A stretch of DNA of 32,000 nucleotides from Desulfobulbus propionicus DSM 2032. GTDB lineage: Bacteria; Desulfobacterota; Desulfobulbia; Desulfobulbales; Desulfobulbaceae. This document shows, one piece after another, positions 17,918 through 25,228 of the stretch; the stretch's first letter is position 1, and every line of letters starts with the position of its first letter. The notes under the pieces are model-generated. The model was not told the origin of the DNA. It did not search any database and saw only the letters and a program-made list of their open reading frames with translations. The stretch covers positions 2,430,001 through 2,462,000 of the forward strand of contig NC_014972.1 of NCBI RefSeq assembly GCF_000186885.1, read 5' to 3'. The position numbers were made by a program, and so were the translations under genes.

Positions 17918-18898
17918 ATGAACAGTTCCTCCCTCCATCGTCCCCTGCTTTTCCTCTTCACCCCGTTCCTCCTGCTCCTGCTTTTCGGCCTGCTCGCCGG
18001 TTGCGGCACGTGCAGGCAACAGACCCCGGAAAGGGGGTATCATCACCTGCTCGTCCTCGGCGATCCGCATCTGCCGGGAACCAATCTACCGCAGAAAGAA
18101 AACATTATCGATACAATCAACACCTGGGAGGATGTCGACCTGGTGGTTGCCGTGGGCGATATTTGCGATGTGTACGGCACCGAGGCCGAATACGCGGCGG
18201 CCGGGGCCTTTTTCGCCAGGCTGCGCAAGCCGCTGGTACCCATCGCCGGCAACCACGACTACATCTATGCAACCCCCACAACCGCTTCCGGCGGCTACCT
18301 CACCGGCTCGCCCGCATCCCAACAGGCAAAGCTGCGTATCTTTCGCCAAACCTTCGGCCTGCGGCATCTCTTTTCCAGCAAGACGATCGGTGGCTACCAT
18401 GTCCTGTTTCTTTCCACCGACCATCCGAGTTTTGCCGCCGGCATCTCGGAAAGCCAGCTTGACTGGCTGCGCGGCCAACTCTATCGCCACCGGACCACGC
18501 CGACCATCGTCTTTTTCCATGGACCGCTCAAGGGGACGCAACATGCCTTCAAGCACTACGTCAACCGGCCCCAGGCCATTGCCCAGCCGGCCGAGATCCT
18601 GCACACGATCATCACCGCCAACCCGCAGATTTTCCTCTGGGTCTCCGGCCACACCCATACCCCGCCGACTGAGACGAGCTACGCCGATCCCATCAACCTC
18701 TACGCCAACCAAGTGACCAACATCCACAACATGGACATGAAGCGGGAGACGATCTGGACCAACTCGCTGCTGCTCTATCCGGACCGGGTGGTGGTCAAAA
18801 CCTATCGCCACAACGACGGGGTGTGGCTGGCGGAACTGGAGCGCACCATCCGGCCGCCCCGGCTGCGAACCATGCGGGAGCACGAGGCAAAGCGGTGA
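17918..18898 (+). CDS. Metallophosphoesterase family lipoprotein
   Basis: Lipobox GLLAGC; LVLGDPHLPG, VVAVGDICD, IAGNHDY, FFHGP, VSGHTHTP calcineurin-like phosphoesterase motifs. Confidence 0.85.
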   Translation: MNSSSLHRPLLFLFTPFLLLLLFGLLAGCGTCRQQTPERGYHHLLVLGDPHLPGTNLPQKENIIDTINTWEDVDLVVAVGDICDVYGTEAEYAAAGAFFARLRKPLVPIAGNHDYIYATPTTASGGYLTGSPASQQAKLRIFRQTFGLRHLFSSKTIGGYHVLFLSTDHPSFAAGISESQLDWLRGQLYRHRTTPTIVFFHGPLKGTQHAFKHYVNRPQAIAQPAEILHTIITANPQIFLWVSGHTHTPPTETSYADPINLYANQVTNIHNMDMKRETIWTNSLLLYPDRVVVKTYRHNDGVWLAELERTIRPPRLRTMREHEAKR

Positions 18899-18914
18899 GC
18901 GCGCGACAGCGACC

Positions 18915-19418
18915 TCACCCCTGGCTGCCGACCGTTTTGTCCATGAACACCAGCTCAACCTTCGGCCCGGCCTGCTGCCGTCGCCGCATCTGGTAACCGA
19001 GCTGGCGGTACAGCCGGATGTTGTCGGTACTGCGGCTGCCGGTGAACAGCTCGAACCGGGCCGCGGAGGTGCATTGGGCCTCGATGGCCCGCATCAGGGC
19101 AGAGCCGATCCCTTGACAGCGGACCTCGGGATGGACGATCAACCGGCCGATGCACCAGATCTCCTGCTCCTGACGGGCACGCACCGAGCCGACCAGCTGG
19201 CCGCTTAGGGTTGCCTTGAGCACCAGGCTGGCGGCGAATTCCCGTTGCAGTTCCTCGAGGGTCTGCACCAGGGGCGGCAGGGCCCAGTCGTCATACAGCT
19301 CGGCCTCGGTCCGGAAGGCAAGCCGCTGCAGGGCAAGAATGGTTGCGCAATCGGCCACGGTGGCCGGTTCGATGACCAGGGAATTGCGACTGACTGAGTG
19401 ATTGTCCGCGTCCATCAT
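18915..19418 (-). CDS. GNAT family N-acetyltransferase
   Basis: GRLIVHPEVRCQGIGSALMRAIEAQC...FTGSRSTDNIRLYRQLGYQ: acetyl-CoA binding motif A. Start overlaps stop of the ATPase gene (ATGA). Confidence 0.88.
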   Translation of the reverse strand: MMDADNHSVSRNSLVIEPATVADCATILALQRLAFRTEAELYDDWALPPLVQTLEELQREFAASLVLKATLSGQLVGSVRARQEQEIWCIGRLIVHPEVRCQGIGSALMRAIEAQCTSAARFELFTGSRSTDNIRLYRQLGYQMRRRQQAGPKVELVFMDKTVGSQG

Positions 19419-21313
19419 CGCTCCTCCCGAAAAAAGCCGATACTCGCCGACGAGAGCACCACCAGCACCGAGCCGACGTTGTGGACCACCGCGCCCATGA
19501 TCGGAGTGAGCAAGCCAAAGGCCCCAGCCAGCACGGCAACGAGATTGAACACCAGGCCAAAGGCGAGGTTGAGCTTGATGATCAGCAGCATTCGCCGTCC
19601 CAGGGCGATGAGCAAGGGCAGCTTGCCGATGTCGTCGCCCATGAGGGCAATATCGGCGGTCTCCAGGGCCACTTCGGTGCCCCTGGCGCCCATGGCGATG
19701 CCGGTGTTGGCGATGGCCAGGGCCGGGGCGTCGTTGATGCCGTCGCCAACAAAGATCACCCGGGCGTTGTGCTGTTGCATGTCACGGATAATGGCCAGCT
19801 TGTCGTCGGGTTTCAGGCCGGACCAGCGGCGGGTAACGCCCACCTCCTGGCCGACCAGATCCACCGAGTGCTGATGATCGCCGGAAAGGATACCGATTTC
19901 CCGCAACCCCACCTGCTTGAGCGCGGCCACGGTCCGGCCGGCCCCGCCGCGTACCCGGTCGGAGACGCTGAGCATGCCCAGCGGCTGTTGGTCACGGTAG
20001 ACCAGCAGTGGCGTGGCGCCGCGCTGTTGGATGGCGCTCAGCTGCGGCTGCAGAGCCGCAGGCACGGCGGCCAGCCCGCCGTAGAGAGAGACGCTGCCGA
20101 CCTCGACCAGACGGCCATCGACCCGGCCGCGCACGCCGAGGCCGATCTCGGTGAACAGATCGCGGGCCGCGTCGATGGTGATTTGGGCATAAAGGGCCGC
20201 CTGCATCACGGCCCGGGCCAGGGGGTGGGAGGCGTTGCACTCGACGCTGGCCGCTTGGTGGAGCAGTTCGTCGCGGTCAATGCCCTCGGCCGGGATGATC
20301 GCGTCGACCCGTGGATTGCCTTCGGTGAGGGTGCCGGTCTTGTCAAAGAGGATGGTGTCGGCTAGGGCCACGTTTTCGATGTGCTGGCCGCCTTTGACCA
20401 GGATGCCGGCGCGGGCCGCCCGCCCGATGGCCGCCACCGTGGCCGTGGGCACGGCCAGGATCAGGGCGCAGGGGCAACCGACGATTAGTACCGCCACCGC
20501 CCGGCCGAACTCACCGGTGACGATCCAGGCCAACAGGGCACAGCCCAGGATCAGCGGCGTGAAGAAACGGGCAAAGCGGTCGATGAAGGCGACGGTCTGC
20601 GGCTTGTGGGTTTCGGCCTCGGCAACCAGCTGGATCACCCGGCCCAGGGTGGTATCGGCGCCGACCTTGTCCGCCCGGATCCGGAGCACGCCGTTGTGGT
20701 TGAGGGTGCCAGCAAAGACCGTATCGCCCACCCCTTTCTCCCGGGGCAAGGGTTCACCGGTGACGGCCGATTCGTCGATGGCCGAGCTGCCCTCGATCAC
20801 CTGGCCATCCACCGGCACCTGGTCGCCGGGTTTGACCAGGAGGAGATCGCCCGCGCAGACCGCCTCGATCGGGACCAGCTGTTCCCGCCCCTCCCTGAGC
20901 ACCAGGGCCTTTTTCGGCGCCACCTGGATCAGGGCCTGAATCGAGCGACGCGCCGATTCGGCGGTGGCTTCCTCGATCAGGGCACCCAGTACCATGATGG
21001 TGCTGACCACGGCAGCGGTGAGCAGCTCGCCGTTGAGCAGGCAGGCGATGATGGCCAGGGCCAGTAGCTCGTCGACATTGACCCGCCGTTCCAACAACCC
21101 CCGAACCGCGCCGACGATCACCGGCAGGCCGTTGATGGCCACCGAGGCAAGGATCAACCCCTGACTGATCAAGGTTTGCCGGTGAAATTCAGGCACATAA
21201 CGGCCAAGGAGAAACCCGGCCAAGGCCAGCAGCGCACCGCAGCCCACCTTGATGAAATCTCTGCTCTGCAGCAGTTCCTCGTAGACGCCCAGTTTGGTGA
21301 AACGACCTATCAT
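19415..21313 (-). CDS. Heavy-metal-translocating P1B-type ATPase lacking an N-terminal metal-binding domain
   Basis: VGCPCALILAVPTA (CPC), DKTGTLTEG, ASHPLARAV (HP), GDGINDAPALA, C-terminal HNVGSVLVVLSSASI. Confidence 0.93.
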   Translation of the reverse strand: MIGRFTKLGVYEELLQSRDFIKVGCGALLALAGFLLGRYVPEFHRQTLISQGLILASVAINGLPVIVGAVRGLLERRVNVDELLALAIIACLLNGELLTAAVVSTIMVLGALIEEATAESARRSIQALIQVAPKKALVLREGREQLVPIEAVCAGDLLLVKPGDQVPVDGQVIEGSSAIDESAVTGEPLPREKGVGDTVFAGTLNHNGVLRIRADKVGADTTLGRVIQLVAEAETHKPQTVAFIDRFARFFTPLILGCALLAWIVTGEFGRAVAVLIVGCPCALILAVPTATVAAIGRAARAGILVKGGQHIENVALADTILFDKTGTLTEGNPRVDAIIPAEGIDRDELLHQAASVECNASHPLARAVMQAALYAQITIDAARDLFTEIGLGVRGRVDGRLVEVGSVSLYGGLAAVPAALQPQLSAIQQRGATPLLVYRDQQPLGMLSVSDRVRGGAGRTVAALKQVGLREIGILSGDHQHSVDLVGQEVGVTRRWSGLKPDDKLAIIRDMQQHNARVIFVGDGINDAPALAIANTGIAMGARGTEVALETADIALMGDDIGKLPLLIALGRRMLLIIKLNLAFGLVFNLVAVLAGAFGLLTPIMGAVVHNVGSVLVVLSSASIGFFREER

Positions 21314-21375
21314 GTTGCTTGCTCCTTATGTAGCAGTCGGCCGGTCAGCACCGTGCCGGAGAGTGTTTCTTTCGT

Positions 21376-21648
21376 TCAGCGGATCTTGCCCAAGTGGTCC
21401 ATCAACTCGTCGATCAGCTTTTCATCGTGATCAGCGATCGATTTGGCGATGCAGCCGCGCAGGTGGTCGCCGATTACCTGGGTCCAGACCCCGCGCAGGG
21501 CACCGGTCACCGAATTGATCTGGCGCAGCACCTCGATGCAGTCCCGATCCTGCTCCACCATGGCGGCCAGGCCGCGCACCTGCCCTTCGATCCGCCGCAA
21601 CCGCTTGACGATCCGCTCCTTGTCCTGATCCGTTCCGCACAGACTCAT
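21376..21648 (-). CDS. CsoR/RcnR (DUF156) family metal-sensing transcriptional repressor
   Basis: KRLRRIEGQVRGLAAMVEQDRDCIEVLRQINSVTGALRGVWTQVIGDHLRGCI: CsoR-family Cys/His pattern. Confidence 0.9.
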   Translation of the reverse strand: MSLCGTDQDKERIVKRLRRIEGQVRGLAAMVEQDRDCIEVLRQINSVTGALRGVWTQVIGDHLRGCIAKSIADHDEKLIDELMDHLGKIR

Positions 21649-21685
21649 CGCTCCTCCTTCCTTGCTTTTTCCAACCTCTATAGAC

Positions 21686-21704
21686 TATAGGGGTACACCC
21701 TATA
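21686..21704. promoter_or_regulatory. Candidate CsoR-family operator, TATAGGG-GTACA-CCCTATA
   Basis: 19-bp palindrome with G/C tracts flanked by AT arms, located 38 bp upstream of the csoR-like start codon. Confidence 0.6.
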
Positions 21705-21765
21705 TCAGCTAGACCTGTATAGCTGCCGCAAACAGATCGTGCAAGGCTTTTCTTACGATCCTTTT

Positions 21766-21838
21766 TCGCGAGCATGGCTCGCTCCTACCCAGCATGGACA
21801 AAATTCCTGGGAGTGTAGGAGCAGGCCATGCCTGCGAT
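21766..21838. repeat. REPIN-like pair of inverted REP-like elements
   Basis: Left TCGCGAGCATGGCTCGCTCCTAC (21766-21788); right GTAGGAGCAGGCCATGCCTGCGAT (21815-21838), whose reverse complement ATCGCAGGCATGGCCTGCTCCTAC aligns with the left copy. Each element is itself partly palindromic. Confidence 0.6.
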
Positions 21839-21871
21839 ATGAATCTGGAGAGCATCCCACCATCGCCAGGT

Positions 21872-22146
21872 TCAGCCCTCCAGGGAGGCGATAAAATCGG
21901 CCGCATCATCAAGCAGCGCCGCGAACACCATTTCCAGGGCGCTGTCGAACAACTGCTGATCATGCGCTTCGCTGAGACTGTTGCCTCGATGGCCAGCGAA
22001 CCGTGGATGGTGCGGATGCGGTTGATGCGTCGCAGCGTTCTGGCCTGGTCGGCAAGCATGGTCAACCGTCCAATGGCTTCGCTGATCGCGGCGACCCGGT
22101 TCAAAATCTCCGGGGTGATGGTGTAGGGCGGCTGGTAGTCAGTCAT
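21872..22146 (-). pseudogene. N-terminal fragment of a Fic family protein, frameshifted
   Basis: MTDYQPPYTITPEILNRVAAISEAIGRLTMLADQARTLRRINRIRTIHGSLAIE then a frame change; shifting frame near 21984 gives NSLSEAH, matching the usual SLAIEGNSLSE Fic motif. Confidence 0.7.
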
Positions 22147-22149
22147 TGC

Positions 22150-23178
22150 CCCCTCCAGTTCGCGCTCGATCTGCTCGATGGTCGGTAGGCTGGTCTGTAA
22201 AGGTTCGGGTAGCGATTCCAGCAGCTTGTATTCGGCGATCCCCATGGGCTGGGTCTTGTCGCCCAAGGCATATTCGGCCACTACCTTGTTCTTGCTCTTG
22301 CACAGCAGCAGGCCGATGCTGGGGTTATCCTGTTCGGCCTTCACTTGACGGTCCACAGCGGTGAGATAGAAACCCAACTGCCCAAGATGTTCCGGTTTGA
22401 ACTTGTCTGCTTTGAGTTCAATCACCACATAGCAGCGCAGTTTGAGGTGGTAAAAGAGCAGGTCGATGAAAAAATCATCGCCACCGACTTCCAGATGCAC
22501 TTGCCGCCCGACAAGGGCAAATCCCGCACCCAGTTCCAGCAAGAATTGGGTGATGTGCCTGACCAGTGCCGATTCAATTGCGCGCTCGTCCGGCCTCTTT
22601 GCCCACATCGAGAAAATCGAACAGGTAGGGGTCTTTGAGCGATTCCCGAGCCAGATCACTGCCCCGTGCGGGCAACCGTTCGGCGAAGTTGGTCACGGCC
22701 TTGCCGGTGCGTTCGAGCAGTCGGGTTTCGATGTGAATATTCAGCACATTGCGACCAGCTTGTGTTCAATGGCGGCCCGGGCATAGGCAAGGCGTTGTTC
22801 CGGTTGCTTCAGCCGGGTCAGCAGCACCAGGTTATGCCCCCAGGGTAATTGTCCAACAGCCTGTTGGACAATTTGCTCTTCCGGCCAGGCCTCGGTAAAG
22901 GCACGCATATACATGAGCTTAGCACGGGAAAAGCCTTTCATGTCGGGAAAGGCGGTGCGCAGATCATGGGCCAGCCGGTCAATGACCTTGGCGCCCCAGC
23001 CCTGCTCGGCTTGCCGGATCAGAATATCACGGCCGATCTGCCAGTAAAGCGTTACCAGTTCGCGGTTGACCGCCAGAGTTGCCCGTTGCTGGGCGGTATG
23101 GATGCGGTTTTTCAGTTCCGCCAGCCAGTTGGCGTAGCCTTCAGGTGGGTGGATCAGGGAGACGGGCTTGTCGTTCAT
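22150..23178 (-). pseudogene. DUF1016/YhcG-type PDDEXK nuclease, disrupted by two frameshifts
   Basis: N-terminal part 22741-23178 (YANWLAELKNRIHTAQQRATLAVNRELVTLYWQIGRDIL), middle part only in another frame (RNVLNIHIETRLLERTGKAVTNFAERLPARGSDLARESLKDPYLFDFLDVGKEA), C-terminal part back in the first frame (DERAIESALVRHITQFLLELGAGFALVGRQVHLEVGGDDFFIDLLFYHLKLRCYVVIELK). Confidence 0.85.
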
Positions 23179-23185
23179 GCCGCCC

Positions 23186-23446
23186 TCATAGGTACTTTTT
23201 CATCACCGCCTCTTTGCGGACGGTTGCGGCATCGATGATGACCTGGGCCTCGGCAATTTGTTTTTCCAAGGCTTCGACCTTGGCGACGAATTGCTTTTGC
23301 TCGACCAGGGACGGAACCGGTTCCTTGATGTTTTTCATCACGGTGGCGTTGATATTGGATTGGCCGATGGATTTGATGTAGACGGATTTATGTTTGGTAA
23401 AGCCCAGCACTTCAAGCAGGGCGGAAAAATTGTCTTGGGTGCTCAT
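23186..23446 (-). pseudogene. Chimeric remnant: DNA methylase N-terminus joined to type I restriction specificity (HsdS) C-terminus
   Basis: MSTQDNFSALLEVLGFTKHKSVYIK resembles the start of an N-6 DNA methylase; IGQSNINATVMKNIKEPVPSLVEQKQFVAKVEALEKQIAEAQVIIDAATVRKEAVMKKYL is an HsdS-type C-terminal conserved region. Confidence 0.6.
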
Positions 23447-23639
23447 CCCTGCACTCCCCCTTTGCCGCTATCGGGCGCTTTCATTTTCTGGTCGATCTCC
23501 TCCCGGTCAAACCGCCACGGGTGCCGATCTTGGCGGCCGAGATTGCGCCACGCCGGGCGATGCCGTAAAGAGTGGTCCGGCTCATCGTGACGGAGCCCGT
23601 CAGTCCCTCAATGGCCGGCCATGTATCGACAGGGTCCAT
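23443..23639 (-). pseudogene. Small helix-turn-helix (AlpA/excisionase-like) protein, frameshifted
   Basis: GLTGSVTMSRTTLYGIARRGAISAAKIG..., then after a frame change near 23520 ...WRFDREEIDQKMKAPDSGKGGVQG*, stop overlapping the next ATG. Confidence 0.5.
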
Positions 23640-23850
23640 GCGCTCATTATTTGGAAAAGGTTGGTGATACGAAATTGATTGAGGGAGATACCACCTGCTC
23701 GGCATAAAGGGCAAATGCAAAGTTGCAGGTTCGGGGAATGGGGAATTGTTCCTGCCCTCCCGGCAGGTTACGCGGGCAAGAAAATCAGAACTTTCCTTTG
23801 CCGGCAGGAGGCGTCTGTCGCACAACACGCCGGCAACAGGGTGGGTTCCC

Positions 23851-24486
23851 CTACCCTTTCCTGGCGGTGAGGAGAAAGACGGTGAAGCGGGAGGGTCGCC
23901 CGGAGGCATCGGGTTTGATGATTTCCGTGGCGGTTTCGACGCTGAGCTCATTAAAGCCGGTCTGGGCAGCGGAGAGGCTCAGCGCGGCACGATCAAAGCC
24001 GAAATGGAAGACGCCGGTGTTGTCGTCGCCATGGAAGCGGCCGCCCTCGCTGTCGAGATCGGCCACGGCCAGGGTGCCGCCGGGAGCAAGGACGTCATGC
24101 CACTGGCGCAACAAGGTATCGACCTCCCGGATGTGATGCAGCGTCATGCTGCTGACCACCAGGTCATACCTGCCGGTCAGGCGTTCGCCCTGGTCGAGAT
24201 CGCACAGCAGGGTGCGGACATTGGCGAGCTGGAGACGGTTGATTTTATCCTCCAGCACGGCCAGCATGCCCGCCGAGCTGTCGACGCCGGTGATGGAGCG
24301 AACCAGCGGCTGCAGCTGCAGCGTAAGCAGGCCAGTGCCGCAACCGAAATCGAGCGCCTCCATGGTCGGGGTGAGGGCCACCCGCTGGACCATGGCTTCG
24401 GCCACCTCTGTGGCCAGCTTGACCCGCTGCGGCTTTTCATCCCACAGGGCTGCTTCCTTGTCAAAATCGCGCTTCTCACTTGTCAT
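23851..24486 (-). CDS. Class I SAM-dependent methyltransferase
   Basis: MEALDFGCGTGLLTLQL, SITGVDSSAGML, DLVVSSMTLHHI, LAPGGTLAVADL. Confidence 0.88.
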   Translation of the reverse strand: MTSEKRDFDKEAALWDEKPQRVKLATEVAEAMVQRVALTPTMEALDFGCGTGLLTLQLQPLVRSITGVDSSAGMLAVLEDKINRLQLANVRTLLCDLDQGERLTGRYDLVVSSMTLHHIREVDTLLRQWHDVLAPGGTLAVADLDSEGGRFHGDDNTGVFHFGFDRAALSLSAAQTGFNELSVETATEIIKPDASGRPSRFTVFLLTARKG

Positions 24487-24643
24487 GGTTGTCTCCATCA
24501 TCGGCTGCATTGCGTCAAAGCACGGGGACGGGCCAAAGGGATGCCCCACGGGAATGCCCCTCTGCGGGCAACCACACCCCATGCCTAACCGTCCTGTTTA
24601 GCACGAGCGAAACCGGTGGACAAGGGGTACGCGTTGCTTTTGT

Positions 24644-25228
24644 TCACCGACCGTTCGGAGCACCTTGTTCTTCTGTGAACAACCGATAGGTCCGGTGGCC
24701 ATCGTCGTCCCCGGTCCGGGCGGCAATCCACAACAGCACCACCATGACCACGCACCAGCTCACGCCAATCTGCACCAGACAACGGAGCATGTCCGGGCCG
24801 AACGCAGCCGCACCCAATCGTACCCCAGCCCCGTAGGCCAAGGCTCCGGATACACCACCAAGCACGGCAGCCAGCAGATACCGTCCGGCAAGCCAGGCCA
24901 GCGCATAGTGCAGCGTCATGGCGAACTGCAGCCACAGCACCAGGATCCAGGGCGGCGGCACGGCCGGATGCAGGCTGCCGATGGGAAAGAACAGCACGCC
25001 GGTGCCGATATGAAGGCTATCAACCAGCAGGCCGAGCAGCCCGCTTGCACCCAGCAGCAGCGCTTCGCGGCCGGGTTGCCGAACCAGGGCCAGATGCGCC
25101 AGCACCAAGGCACTTCCGGCCAGGGTGGCTGGCCAGGGAAAGCCGGCGGCGGCACCCAGGACGCACACCATCCAGCCGCCCTGGAACAGAGCGAAGTTGA
25201 TCAGCTTGGTCCAGGCCTGGCCGCTCAC
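24644..25228 (-). CDS. DUF2878-like integral membrane protein
   Basis: Multiple TM segments (KLINFALFQGGWMVCVLGAAAGFPWP..., PPWILVLWLQFAMTLHYALAWL); GTG start at 25228 overlapping the upstream TGA (GTGA). Confidence 0.65.
   Translation of the reverse strand: MSGQAWTKLINFALFQGGWMVCVLGAAAGFPWPATLAGSALVLAHLALVRQPGREALLLGASGLLGLLVDSLHIGTGVLFFPIGSLHPAVPPPWILVLWLQFAMTLHYALAWLAGRYLLAAVLGGVSGALAYGAGVRLGAAAFGPDMLRCLVQIGVSWCVVMVVLLWIAARTGDDDGHRTYRLFTEEQGAPNGR

Noticed and set aside
19481-20365. 294-aa plus-strand ORF
   Set aside because: Antisense to the P1B ATPase; shadow composition.
21709-22659. Single intact 316-aa nuclease-Fic fusion protein
   Set aside because: The ORF starts mid-domain of DUF1016, and after the Fic-like segment the sequence becomes frame-shifted nonsense running into the REPIN-like repeat; a pseudogene reading is better supported.
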